A DNA stretch of 64,000 nt from Geosiphon pyriformis uo1 (Eukaryota > Fungi > Glomeromycota), in contig JAAOMT010000618.1 in NCBI GenBank assembly GCA_016748015.1, forward strand, positions 91,054 through 155,053. The letters are read 5' to 3'. Below, piece by piece: positions 40,246 to 53,600 of the stretch. The notes beneath the pieces were generated by a model. That model did not search any database. It saw only the letters and a list, made by a program, of their open reading frames with translations, and was not told where the DNA came from. Each line of letters begins with the position of its first letter. Within the stretch, counting starts at the first letter, position 1. A program made the translations under genes and the position numbers.

Positions 40246-41077
40246 TGTTACAGGTAAGTCTTTGAGATGTGAAGTAAATAACAAATCCATAACTTGGTGC
40301 TTAAAACTAATTGCAGTTGATAGTGATCTGAAGGTTTTGTATCTGAAGGTTTTGGTTTGAGTCTTTTGTATAATAGATAGAGATCCAATAGTTGTTTTAT
40401 CTGTAGCTTCCCAAAATTGCAATTCTGTTAATTCTTCTCTTGGTGTAATAGCTGGCAATCCTTTAATAAGTATTCTATATCTTCTGTACATGTCCTATCC
40501 TCTCGCAGGGGTCTTTTACTAGGCAATTCTTGATGTCAGTAATCTAGTGCTTTATTTAACCAATTAGTGCACAACAATAAAATCCAAAATAAAAATCAAG
40601 AAAAGAAAAATAAAAGAAAATAATAAATAAGCCAAGGTGGTTTTGCAAATTAGTATCCTGTCAATAGTTGTGATTAAGAGCTATTGTTCCAGTGTAGTTA
40701 AGTATCAATTACTATTAACATGGAGTGTTGATAGTAGAATTGGGTTTGAGATAATAAATAGTTATTTATTGTGTTTTTGAAAAATTGTCTAGATAAATTT
40801 AAACTGAAAGATCTGTCTTTTTAGCTTCTAATTCTACTGCTATATATACATAATTGAGATTCCTTAATTTCTCAATTCTTCACAACAGGAATTCTGCAAT
40901 TCTTTTGAGAAAAATCTTGAAATTTTGGAATTCTGTAATTCCTTGTGAGAATCCTGTAATTCCTGGAATTCTGCAATTTCTGAGAAGAATCCTGGAATTC
41001 CACATTTTACTACATCTACTTCTGATTGGCTAATAACTATGCTAATATATATATTTCCTATATTTCTATAAGTAACA
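40246..41077 (-). repeat. 5' LTR of element A (832 bp)
   Basis: TGTTAC...GTAACA on the + strand; adjacent PBS; TATATATA at 40841-40848; GGAATTCC/GGAATCC array at ~40856-41001. Confidence 0.95.
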
Positions 41078-41654
41078 CTGATACAAGTCCCGAGCAAAAT
41101 AATGAACATTGCCAGATATGGCAGTCTCTTCAGTGACCAGAAATCTTTTCTGGATTTTAACTGGTAAAAAAAGAGGTAAAGAAGTAGCCTCACTAGTCAG
41201 TACATCAGCTTTAACATTGCTCAATACATCTGAATGTTCTTTAATCTTTACCTATTTAATTGAAATATTCTTGTTTTTAAGAAGATTGACAATTTGCAAT
41301 CTTTTGATCCAACATTGGTTATGGAAATCAGGTGCAGTTGAAGAAGTCTTGGAAATGCAGGCATTAATTGCAAATTGACTATCTGAGTACAAAACCACTG
41401 AGCATGAAGATGGAACATACTCCAAAGCCAACACCATAGCTTGCAGTTCAGTTAAAGTAGAGGACAAAAGCCTAGCAACCTTAACTCTAATGTCTGCATT
41501 TGCAGAAAGTATGCAGCTGTTCTACCTACCACCTTAACAAAACCAGCACATTTCAAGGACCCATCTGTATAAATCTCAATACAATCAGACCAAACCTCCA
41601 GTAGACTATCATGAACTTCAGAAAACCTATCAGAATCCAAAACACTTAGCACAT
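41078..41654 (-). mobile_element. LINE-4, middle segment (RNase H domain)
   Basis: IEIYTDGSLK..STLTELQA..DSQFAINAC; continuous with both flanking LINE segments. Confidence 0.93.
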
Positions 41655-42623
41655 TGTTACCAATAGAATTTTAGCTATTAATTAGCACGAAATTATCTTC
41701 ATAATTCCTATTATTAATTAGCATATTATTATTATTTCGATTATCACTTATTAAATTAGCCAAATTATCAAATATCATTACTCAATCAATAATCCGATTT
41801 GTACTCTAGAAATTAAGATGATCAAATTACACAATACCCTGAACCATTTAACATAGTCAAAATTCGCCGAAATTAATGAAAATTCGCCGAAATAATCAAT
41901 AGTTCAGTGAAATAACTTGTAAATTTGCCAAAATGTATCTTTAGTTTACCCAAATTGTAGCAAAGTAAAAAGTGCAAGTTCAAAGACTAATACTACAACA
42001 AGTTGTATAAAAGAAGAGCTTCTTTCTTCAAAAAAATGTATTCTCCCCATATCTTACTATAGTATCTTACTTTAGATATCTTAATTGAAACAAATCACTT
42101 TTTACAAAATCAAATAAAAATTAAATATTCAAAAACCAAATTCTTAAAATTATTACACTTGAAATTCCCTTAAACACAACTAACGTTTTGAAATTGATTA
42201 GCTACCAATTTCAATAAACTGTTAGTGACTCCAGGTCTGGATAGAAAACGTTTCCCTTGATAAAATTCTATTTCTTTTATATTTCTTTTATTTTTTTTTA
42301 TTTTCTTATTACAATCATTAGAGTAGTCTACAGATGAAATTCCTATAGAAGAGTTAACTTTCACAGTAAAGTAACTACACATTTTAATGAGCTTCCAGAA
42401 GAGCAATTCCTGGGAAAGAGTTGACATTTACTACAATATAACTACATGAAGTAACTGGCATGGAATTGGCTATTCCACTTATAAGCCCAGCAGTTCAAAT
42501 TATAGGAGATAATTTGAAGATAAATTCAGTTATTGGAAGTTCAACTACTTCTAAAAAACGTGAATTTACAATAAACAGACATTAACAACATTTAAGAAAA
42601 GAGACCAAAAACCTCCAGTAACA
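41655..42623 (+). repeat. 5' LTR of element B (969 bp)
   Basis: TGTTAC...GTAACA; 20-bp tandem units at 41861-41955; TATAAAA at 42006; AATAAA at ~42112. Confidence 0.95.
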
Positions 42624-42667
42624 TTTGGTGCTCTTCTATGGAATAACACAGCAACAACAAATTCAAA

Positions 42668-45600
42668 GTGGCGACCATACCAGACACAGCAACTCTAGAG
42701 TACTATCAGTCAATTTACACCCACTGCAAGCAAAAATTTCACATCTCAGACGGAATTGAAGTTGTCAAGAAATCAGTATACCAATACATTGAAAACTGCA
42801 TCAACAATTATCTTTTTGGAAACTACAATATTTCAGAAGTTAGAAGCAACTTCTACAATAATTTAGTGTACTATTCACAATTGGAAACAGAAGACCTAAA
42901 CAGTGAAACACTTGTTACCTACTTTCAAGAACTTAATTTTAACATTATTGAGTATTGTGAAGAAAAATACCCAGTACAGTTCAAATACTCTTTTAATCTT
43001 AAATCAAAAACAGAAACAAGCAACCAAGGCAAACAAAAAGTGAAACAATATTCAAGTACTACACCAAACACTCCAATACTATCAAAGACAACCACCAAAC
43101 ACTTGCAAACATTTGAACAAGGAACCAGTATCAAATTACCACTTTCTATTACATCATTTCCAATTTCACTTATTCAATTACAAACACCAAGTTTACCACT
43201 TAATCATTTCTCCAGACCAAAAGACTTTTAGTCACCTAGGAATTCTACTCAACAGCAGGAACCAATATCAACAAGCACCAATATCATTGATTACTTACAG
43301 GAAATCGAAAGTAATCCTTCAGAAAACTTGGAAAGTAAAGAAACTGAATCAGAATAAGAAAAAACTATAGAAAACGAAAAAGAAATGACAACTGCTTATA
43401 TTGCAAAGATTCCAGAATTTACTGGTAAAGATAATGATACCAGTCCTCAAGAATGGCTTGACAAAGTTCAAAAAGCAGAAGATGCAAATGGGTGAAATAC
43501 AGCAAGAATGCTCAAAGCAATCTCATACTTTCTCTAAGAAACTGCAGGAGAATAGTTTGAAAACTTAGGAAAACCATTTGAAAACTGGCAAGTATTCAAA
43601 GATGCTTTTTTACAACAATTTACCAACAACAACACCTCTATTACTCTCAGAAACTGCATTTGCAATATCAAGCAAGAAACATCTGAAACTATTATGACCT
43701 ATCTTAAAAGATTCAACAAACTTCTCAGACAAATTTGACAATTGGAAACCAATGATTACTATTTTAATGCACAAATTTTGGATTAATTTATAGCAAGATT
43801 AAAAAACAAACTGATTAAAAAGTCTGCCCACATGTTTCAGTAGACTTAGCAACTGTCATTAAACATGCAAAGAGCTATAAAATAGCAATAGAAGAAGCAA
43901 ATCACACCAAGCTTGTAAACCTTGCAATTGAAGAAACCAGTTCAGCAGCTGAAGAAAAGATAGACCAACTCACAAAGAAGGTTGAAAGCTATTTTACAAA
44001 CCAACAACAACAGCAGCAACAACCACAAAGATATCAACCCTCACAATGATGCAATTAAAACAACTTTAGATCACCATCTAACAACCAACCTCAAAATTGT
44101 CATTATTGTAGAATTCCAGGACATTGGAAATGAGATTGCAGGAAATTACAAAGAGACCAACAAAACAGGAGTAATTAATATTACTCTTTACTACAACAAT
44201 CTTATTGCCAATCTTTACCACCAACTTATTATTCACCAAGACCACAAAATCAAAACAATTACTATTAACCAGCTCCACAACCAATGCAGCAACAATATTA
44301 GCAATCTGTACCAATTCAGCAATATCAAACACCACCCATTCAACAATATCAAGTACCAGCCAGAAGATTGGTTCAACATAACCAATTCACACCCCAAAAT
44401 CATTTTCAAAATAACAACAACAGAATCAACCCAAATAACCAGTTGGTTTTTCAAAATTCTGGTCAGCAAAGACCCAATCATTATCACACTCAACCCAGTT
44501 ATCTTACAATGCCTGAAGAATCGAATTTTCAACAACCTGCACTTTCTGAAGGTAAAGCTGCAGCATCAAGACAAAATCCTTCCAACAATACAATTTCACC
44601 AGCCCAAATTGCTCAAAATGCCAACCTCTCAGATATATTCCCATTCGAATTTGAAGCAAATGAATCATCATTCTTGCTTAGTAATGCAGCAGCTAATAAA
44701 CAAAAAATTATCACTGCCATGTATACTAAAACTACAGTAGAAAGAAAACCCATCCGACTAATTCTAGACAGTGGATCAGCTAGAAGTATTATCACTTATC
44801 AGTTAATGCAACAGCTTTAAAGAACTGTTGACAGACCAGCCCAAACTGTAATTGTTATAGCAGATGGTATGAAAAAGACACCAGTAAGAAAAATTGCCAA
44901 TTTTTTATTTATCATTGAGGGAATCATTATTCCAATCAAAGTTTTAGTCATGAATACACTCCAATACTAAGCTCTGGTCAGAAATAATTGGCTTCTTAAG
45001 GCCAATGCAAACTTAGATTGGGAAACTCAAGAACTAAAAATCTTATACCAAAAACAATACACCATAATACCTGCTACTTGTGGTACTTTCAACAAATGAT
45101 CAGAAAAAAACCCAGTATTTAAATTTAAAGAGGAGAAGGAAATGTCACTCACTGAAACCTACATGGCTTTTGGATCAACATCCAATTGGGCTAAGGAAAC
45201 GGAACAAGAAGAATCAAGAGGATAGAAGAAAGTTAGATATTCTACACCAAAACCATGGAAACAACCACCCTACATTCTACTTAAATGCAAAGATTGCAAC
45301 AAAAAACTTTCATCAATGGAAGCATGTATTTTTTCAAAAGAGGAATATGAAACTCGTACCTGCTACTTTTGCAAAGCATGCCATAAAGAACGATTTGGAT
45401 ATCCTAAAAGGAGTAAAAAATGAAACAACACTCCTTATCTCACATGTGGAGATATGCTACCAGAAGAATGCAATTGGATTAATGTTGCAATAAGAGAAGA
45501 AGTATGTGATCAAACCTGTCAATATGCTCTATCAATTTCGGAAAAAGTCAGAAGAGAAACATCATTTGATGCAACATATAACAGTGCTCTTAATAAACTC

Positions 45601-48282
45601 TACCACTATTCTCATAATGCTGAAATGATTTTTGATTTAGCAATGGCATTAATCAATGGAGCCACACAAGAAGATGTCTACCAAATGAAAAAAGCTGAAT
45701 ATATTGAGTATATCATGGAATTAGCTGGATTTCATTATAAAAATAAAGTAGAAACCTACCACCAAATTGCAAGTCACACTTATCCAACCCAAGAAGCTTA
45801 AATTCAATGATTAGAGCAAATGAACATTCAATTGTGTAAAAAATGCATCATGTCTTGTGATGACAAATGGTGTCTAGAATGCTATGCTCTTAGTATTCTC
45901 TTATCCAGTGAAAATGACCAGGAAGAAATTGAATTTGGGAAACCTGAAACAAAGAAAAAAATCACAACAACACCAATCTATCTTACTGAAAACCAGTCTG
46001 CTATACAATTCAAATACTTTGATAATAATGGGCAAAGAATAAAACCAGAAAAAGCCCACGAAATTGATGCAAAATATGATCTCAGATATCCAGGCAAAGA
46101 CACTTTGGTTCTTTAACCAAAATTCTTAACCAAAATCAACCTCAGAATTGTTCTTGAAATTCCACCTGGAGCAATGGTTCAAATTGCATCCAGATCATCA
46201 TTGGCAAACAAAGGAATCAATATTAGAGAAGGAGTCATAGATGCAGGATATACTGGAGATATTACCATTATGTTGCAGAATAAAACAGACAAATCATTTA
46301 GGATTGAACATGCCAAAAAAATTGCCCAAGCAATTTACCTACTCTTAATCAACATTTCGGATTTACAATCAGTAAACAACAGAGAACAATTGGGAAAAAG
46401 TGAAAGAGGAACTCAAGGTTTTGGTTCAACTGGACAATTTACAGTTCCAGTAAACATAGCTCTTAATACACAAAATGAATCTCACCAGATTTTTCAACTT
46501 CTCCAACCAATTATCATTTCACTTTTTGGAGAACATCACGAAATTTACACTTGCTCAAAATCCACTACTACACAACTAATCTTTGAATCCAATGAACAAA
46601 TCTGTTTGAAGCATGAAATCTCAATTTCAAATGTTTATATTTTCAAAGAAATGAAAAAATTTTGAGTTATATTCTATAATCCCAATAATTACCCTATTGT
46701 CTTATTAAACAAATTAGAGATTGAAATCATACACAGCAATATCTTTCAAGATGAAAACTCTCAAATTGTCTCTAATTTCATCAAAATTATAAGACACACT
46801 CTATTCTCAAATCCAAATATTTTTTCCACCACTAAAAACTACCACCTTTTAAAAGAAAAACTCTTTCGAATCAACATGGATTCCTTAGAACCTCAACAAC
46901 AAAGACAATTGAAACAATTGATAGCTGAATTTGCAGATATTTTTGCAAAAAACAACAATAACCTTGGAAAAACTGATATTGTTCAACATCAGATTCACAC
47001 AGGAGATGCTCTACCAAAATAACAACAAGCCTATCGAGTTCCATCTACTAACCACCAATTTATCAGAGAAGAGGTTCAAAGAATGCTCAATAACAGATTG
47101 ATTCAACCATCAAGAAGTCTTTGGGTCTCACCAGTAGTACTTGTTAAAAAAAAAAACGGAAAAATCAAATTCTGTGTAGATTATTGTCAGCTCAACAGTG
47201 TGACAATTGGAGATGCTTACTCACTTCCAAAAATTGATAACATGCTAGATGTTTTAAGAAAAGCCAAGTTCTTCTCAACTTTAGACTTAGAAAGTGGATA
47301 CTAGCAAGTCGAAATGAACCCAAAAGACCAACCCAAAACAGCATTTACCACCCAGGAAGGAAACTATGAGTTCAATGTTATGCTTTTTGGACTCTGCAAT
47401 GTACCAGCAACATTTTAGTGACTTATAGATGTTGTATATGAAGGACTCTTGTGGCAATTAGTAGTTGTCTATCTTAATGATACTGATGTATACTCACTAA
47501 GCTTTGAAGCCCACCTTATTCACCTATAAGAAGTTTTTCAATGATTACAGAAAGCAGGATTAAAGTTGAACATTGAGAAATATTACTTTGAAAAAACAAG
47601 CTTGATCTTTCTTGGACACATAGTTAGTAAAGATAAAGTCAAACCAAATCCAGGAACAATCAGTGCTATCAGAAACTTTCAAACTTTCAGAAATACCACA
47701 GAACTACGAGAATTTGTAGGATTAGCTTCTTATTATCAAAAATTCATAAAAGAATTCTCAGAAATTGCCAAACCACTCAATTATCTTACCAACAAAAATG
47801 TGCCATATAAATGGACTGAAGAACAACAAAAAGCTTTTGAAACTCTCAAAACAAAATTGACAACAGCCCCAGTTCTTGCTTATCCAGACTTCAACAAACG
47901 GTTCCAATTAGCCACTGATGCTTTACACATAGCATTTGGTGTCATCTTATCACAATTAGATAAAAATGGCCAGGAACAAGTTATCATCTATGCCGGTAGA
48001 ACACTCAAGCCAACAGAACTCAAATATGGCTCAACTGAATTGAAAGCTGCTGCAGTCATCTGGGCTCTTAAACACTTTCAACAATACCTAAAGAATAGAA
48101 AAGAATTTGATATAATAACTGACAATATTGGCTTCAAATGACTCAATAAAAAGAAAACTGAACAAAGTGCCAAACAGTCTCAATGGAATGACTTCCTAGC
48201 AGACTACAGATATATTATACACCACAAATCAGAAAAACTACATACCAATGTTAATAGCCTCTTAAGAATAAGACAAGATTAA
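42668..48282 (+). pseudogene. Element B gag-PR-Cys-rich-dUTPase-RT-RNaseH polyprotein
   Basis: GTG at 42668, first ATG at 43385 (MTTAYIAKIPEFTG). CHYCRIPGHW; LILDSGSA; YDLRYP/SRSS/GVIDAGYTG/KIAQ/RGTQGFGSTG; CVDYCQLN; YLND; LATDA; ends LLRIRQD*. Confidence 0.92.
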
Positions 48283-48318
48283 TACCAACAACAATTCCAT
48301 CACAACTTATCAATCTAC

Positions 48319-49301
48319 TATTACTAGACAAAATTAGAGATATTATTTAGCATGAAATTATTTTTATAATTCCTATTATTAATTAGCATATATTATCGTT
48401 TCAAATTATCACTTATTACATTAGAAAAATGTTTGAAATTATCATTTAATTAATAACCCAATTTGTACATAACACAAATGTAACCTAATTGCAATGATCA
48501 ATCATGCAATACCCCAAAATATGTAATATCCAAAAGTTTGCCAAAATTTGTAAAATTTGCTGAAATAATTAATAGTTCACTGAAATATCTAATAGTTTGT
48601 AGAAATAACTTGTAGTTCGCCGAAATGTATCTTTAGTTCAACAAAATTGTAGAAAAAAGCAAAGTTCAAGTTCATGGAATAGTGTTACAACAAGTTGTAT
48701 AAAAGAAAAGCTTCTCTCTTTGAGAAAATATATCTTACTTTAGATTTATCACTTAGAATCATTCCTACACATACAAAAAGAAATAAATACCAAATAATTT
48801 GAAAAACCAAATTCTTTAATTATTGCACTTGAAAAAATCTCCAAAACCCAACTAACGTTTTGAAATTGATTAGCTACCAATTTCAGTAAACTGTTAGTGA
48901 CTCCAGGCCTGAATAGAAAACGTTTCCCTTGACAGAATTCTATTTCTTTTACATTTCTTTTATTTTCTTTCTTTTATTTTCTTATTATAATCATTAGGAT
49001 AGCCTACAGATGAGATTTCTGTAGAAGAGTTGACTTTCACAGCAAAGTAACTACACATTTTTAGTGAGCTTCTAGACGAGCAATTCCTGGGAAAGAGTTA
49101 ATGTTTACTACAATGTAACTACATGAAGCAACTGGCACAGAATTGGCCATTCCACTTATAAGCCCAGCAGTTCAAATTATAGGAGATAATTTGAAGATAA
49201 AATTCAGTTATCGGAGGTTCAAACACTTCCCATAGTCGTGAATTAACAGTACTACAATAAACATACAAGAGCTAAGAAGAGACCAAAAACTTCTGGTAAC
49301 A
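48319..49301 (+). mobile_element. Solo LTR of a B-related subfamily nested in the RNaseH-integrase spacer
   Basis: TATTAC (from TGTTAC)...GTAACA; homologous to the B LTRs, closest in the 3' half; TSD CTAC at 48315-48318 and 49302-49305. Confidence 0.93.
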
Positions 49302-49326
49302 CTACCAACAAAATAACCAAACAAAA

Positions 49327-49701
49327 ATGGATCCCAGAAATTACAGCAATCTTAAAAATTATTTGGAGCTTGAAACAACCAACATTACTCCTAAGGCTAT
49401 ACAAAAACAAATTCACAATGAATTCAAGACAGCAGCTGGACCAACAAACACCCACTACAAACTTAAAACAGCATTTAGACTTTATGATTTATTCAACACT
49501 TGTGAAAACGTCTTACAAAACCCAATACTCCATCCAATAAAGATTCAATACATTGGAAAGCTCACAGAACTGAAATTTCAACAATTTTCAGACCAGATCA
49601 CTTCAATTATTTTGGATCACTATCTTAACATTACAGATAGTACTTGGACTTTAATGAAGCTCAGTCTTGAGGAGGAGATTATGTTACTAGTGGAATTTTA
49701 G
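49327..49701 (+). CDS. Integrase remnant: first ~14 aa fused in frame to the C-terminal domain
   Basis: MDPRNYSNLKNYLE matches the IN starts of A and D. The rest aligns to the last ~100 aa of the A integrase ORF. No HHCC or DDE motifs. Confidence 0.7.
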   Translation: MDPRNYSNLKNYLELETTNITPKAIQKQIHNEFKTAAGPTNTHYKLKTAFRLYDLFNTCENVLQNPILHPIKIQYIGKLTELKFQQFSDQITSIILDHYLNITDSTWTLMKLSLEEEIMLLVEF

Positions 49702-50630
49702 CTATTAATTAGCACGAAATTATTTTCATAATTCCTATTATTAATTAGCATATTATTATTATTTTGATTATTACTTATTAAATTAGCCAAATTATCAAAT
49801 ATCATTACTCAATCAATAATCCGATTTGTACTCTAGAAATTAAGATGATTAAATTACACAATATCCTGAACCATTTAACATAGTCAAAATTTGCCGAAAT
49901 AATCAATAGTTCAGTAAAATAACTTGTAAATTCGCCAAAATGTATCTTTAGTTCACCCAAATTGTAGCAAAGAGAAAAATGCAAGTTCAAAGACTAGTAC
50001 TACAACAAGTTGTATAAAAGAAGAGCTTCTCTCTTCAAGAAAATGTATCCTCTCCATATCTTACCATAGTATCTTACTTTAGATATCTTAATTGAAACAA
50101 ATCACTTTTTACAAAATCAAATAAAAATTAAATATTCAAAAACCAAATTCTCAAAATTATTACACTTGAAATTTTCTCAAACACAACTAATATTTTGAAA
50201 TTGATTAGCTACCAATTTCAATAAACTGTTAGTGACTCCAGGTCTGGATAGAAAACATTTCCTTTGATAAAATTCCATTTCTTTTATATTTCTTTTATTT
50301 TCTTTTCTTTTCTTATTACAATTATTAAAGTAGCCTACAGATGAGATTCCTGTAGAAGAGTTGACTTTCACAGTAAAATAACTACACATTTTAGTAAACT
50401 TCCAGAAGAGCAATTCCTGGGAAAGAGTTGACGTTTACTACAACGTAACTACATGAAGTAACTGGTACGGAATTGGTTATTCCACTCATAAGCCCAGCAG
50501 TTCAAATTATAGGAGATAATTTGAAGATAAATTCAGTTATTGGAGGTTCAACTATTTCTAGAAAACGTAAATTTACAACAAACAGACATTAACAACATTT
50601 AAAAAAAGAGACCAAAAACCTCCAGTAACA
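49682..50630 (+). repeat. 3' LTR of element B (949 bp)
   Basis: Direct repeat of 41655-42623 lacking one 20-bp unit. Confidence 0.95.
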
Positions 50631-53600
50631 ACATTCTCCTTAGCAGCAATAGCAGCTCTGACTTTCAAAGAAACAGAGTTGTTTATAAAATCAGATGTCA
50701 AAAAAAACCAGTAAGGCACAGGGCCTCTTGGGTCCAATTGTTTCTAATGCCAAAAAGTTTTCCAGTTCATTATCTTTCTTTTCTTGTTAAGAATTCTGTT
50801 ACCAAAAGCAACACCAAAATGTTTCAATAAAAAAATAAATCTGTAATACAAAAACTAACCCAGAATGTCAGACATTAGAAAATCACCAGACCCACAAAAA
50901 GCATAAGGTAAATTGTTCGCTAAAAATAATTCATTCTTCAAAAAAATCTTCACCACTTCTGCCAAAAAATTGTTTACCGAACTAACATGCAACCTAACAG
51001 GAAACTGCAAAGGATTTAAAAGAGACCATCTCAGAACTTGCAAATCCAAAAATTTATGATCAAATAAATGTTCAATAATACCATGGCCATTAAAAAATGA
51101 AATCAGTGACACCAGCTTTTTTTCAGACTGTATTTGCTCAAAGGGCTTTAAATCATACAAAAAAGGGTGGTACAAGACCTTACTAGAAAAGTCACATGGT
51201 AAACCAGCTTTGGTTCTAAGACCTTTTTTAATCATAATATCCCACTTATGACACATATCTAAAGTAACAAAACTGAACTGTATATAATAGCTAACAATAG
51301 GTTGCAAAACTGCCAAAACCAAATAACAGAATTGCTTATCCATAATAGCTTTTCTTAACACTATATTAGAAAAAAACCTGACATCCTTATGGGCTTGAGC
51401 CAAACTGGGCTTAGAGAAATTTTTAGTTGACAGGAAGATGCCCAAATAATAATGTAACTCACACTTTTTAGCAATCAAAATTGGTGATTCATTAATTAAT
51501 AGCAAAGCATCCTTAACTCCCTAATTGATAGAAATTGCAACTGTTTTATCATTATTAATTAAGATATTATTGATCACAAAAAATTTACTTGTAATGTTCA
51601 AAATATATTGCATAGATATCTGACTACTTTTGACCCAAATCATATTATCAACAAAAGCACCTGCAGCCAAAAAAAAAGTTTTTTCTCCACTTGCTTCAAT
51701 TCTGCCAGACTTTACCACAAACTTAGAATCAATCCTGTATCTGCATAAGTGCTTATGTCTTTTCACTTTACACAAAAATGGATCATAAAATATTCTCCAA
51801 AGAAGTGGGGAAAAAGATCTCTCCTTAATCCAACCCATTATGTACTCTATAACCATCTAAAAGCTTAAAATTGGTTATCACTCTGTTGACCCAGTTCCCA
51901 TGAATGTTGCCGAAAAATTGGATGAAACATTTACACATTTTGATGCAATGTAAGCTTACTTGCAAATAATGCCAGCCTATTGAATCATAAACTTTGCACA
52001 TATCTTGTAGCACTAACCAAAGCTCCTTATTTTTTTCCAGAGTATTCTCAATAACTGAGCCAATAGCAAAAATAGGAGACTGGATCAAAGTACCCTTCAA
52101 CACCAAAAAATTGTTACCACAAAGAACATTAAACTTGCTACAAGCCACAAATATATAATCAGAAATGATCTTAGATAGTATTTTATGTGCTGTTTCAACT
52201 AATACAATAGGTTTAGTATTTGTTAAAATACCATTCCATTTATAAGATTTCGGAATCATTGAAACCCATGCTTCTTTTTATAGATTAAAAACTGCACTTA
52301 AACTCAAGCACAAATTCAACAATTTCAAAAGATGGGCCAAAATCTCTCCACCACAATGCTTCCAAAGTTTATTAAATATCCCTAATAACTTGGCTGCTTT
52401 ATTGTTTGGCAGATTATCAACAACCAGCGATAATTCTTCTATACCAATTTCATCTATTATACCAGAGAAAGCATCATTATCCACATAATTTAGAGGCATA
52501 TATTGTCGAGTCCAGAGATCAGGTATATTTGGAAGAACTGATTATTTCCTTGTCCACCTTTTCATAATTTTATCAATTTTGAGTTTCACCTCATTAGACT
52601 CAATTACCAGCTCATTATCCACTACCAAGTGATCCAAAACCACCTTGCAAAATGAATGTTTCAGAACACTCTTTATTATCTTTTTTTTGTTAGAACAGAA
52701 ATTTTTTATATGACAATTAATTGCCTTTCTTATAGCAGTATCTTCAGCAACTTTAGATTCATAATACTTGGACTTATGATACTCTTTCCTTATTATTGAC
52801 AAATGTTTAATCAATTTCATCAAGCTCACACTGTTTAAAACCATACTATCAACCTTGGAAGCTTCAACTATATTAATAGCCAACCAGACCTTAATAAGAC
52901 TGTTGAAATTCAGGAGATCACCAGAGTTCCAACATTTTACAACTTTTGCAACAAACAGCTTTAATTTAAAGAATTTGGAAGATTGTCTATTCTTCGTACA
53001 GTCGTATTCACTATACCAGATCCTAGAAAAAACTGTGTTGGCAACCTGTACTATGGCCTCTTCCAATATTTTCTACATTGTATTCAAGTTACCATTGACC
53101 CTTGCCTTCTCAAACATGTCTGATCTAGCCAACAACTTGGCAGAAGAGCAGTCTTTAAAGCTTAACCATTGAACATTATCTGCATCCTTTAATTTGAACT
53201 TCTACTGGTCTTGGTTGGCCTGTCTGTAAATACTAATAAGATATATATCCAGCAGTCTATTCAAGCCAATTGAAACAGAAACTGACTTATGATCTGTATC
53301 AAAAAACTCAGATATTCCATTGACAGAATATGATGCCATAGCAGATACCAAATTCTCATTTACTAAAATAAAATCAATTACTTTCTTAACACCTCTAAAA
53401 TTGCTCCAGGTGAAAGCCTTGGCCAATAAGTGTCTATCAAAAGCATTAACCAGGCCCAAACCCAAACAGAACTTGAAACTTGCACTTTTGTTAGACTCAT
53501 TTTCATTAAAGTTACCACCCAAAACCACAAAAAAGCTGGAATTGACCACCTTAAAAACCATAGAATTGATATTAGCAGCTTGACTAAACCATGTGCCAAT

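Larger units (their letters stand above)
31032..41077 (-). mobile_element. Ty3/gypsy element A, complete structure, decayed
   Basis: Two LTRs, PBS, PPT, gag-PR-dUTPase-RT-RH then IN. TSD CCAA (31028-31031) / CTGA (41078-41081), both derivable from CCGA. Confidence 0.96.
41655..50630 (+). mobile_element. Ty3/gypsy element B, integrase core deleted, nested solo LTR
   Basis: LTRs at 41655-42623 and 49682-50630. TSD ACAT/ACAT (41651-41654, 50631-50634). PBS TGGTGCTCTTC at 42626. PPT GAGGAGGAG at 49669-49677. Confidence 0.96.

Noticed and set aside
40222-40491. ORF in the U5 part of the A LTR (also 30987-31232)
   Set aside because: It recurs only because the LTR is repeated. The solo LTR copy is frameshifted and the start is not conserved.
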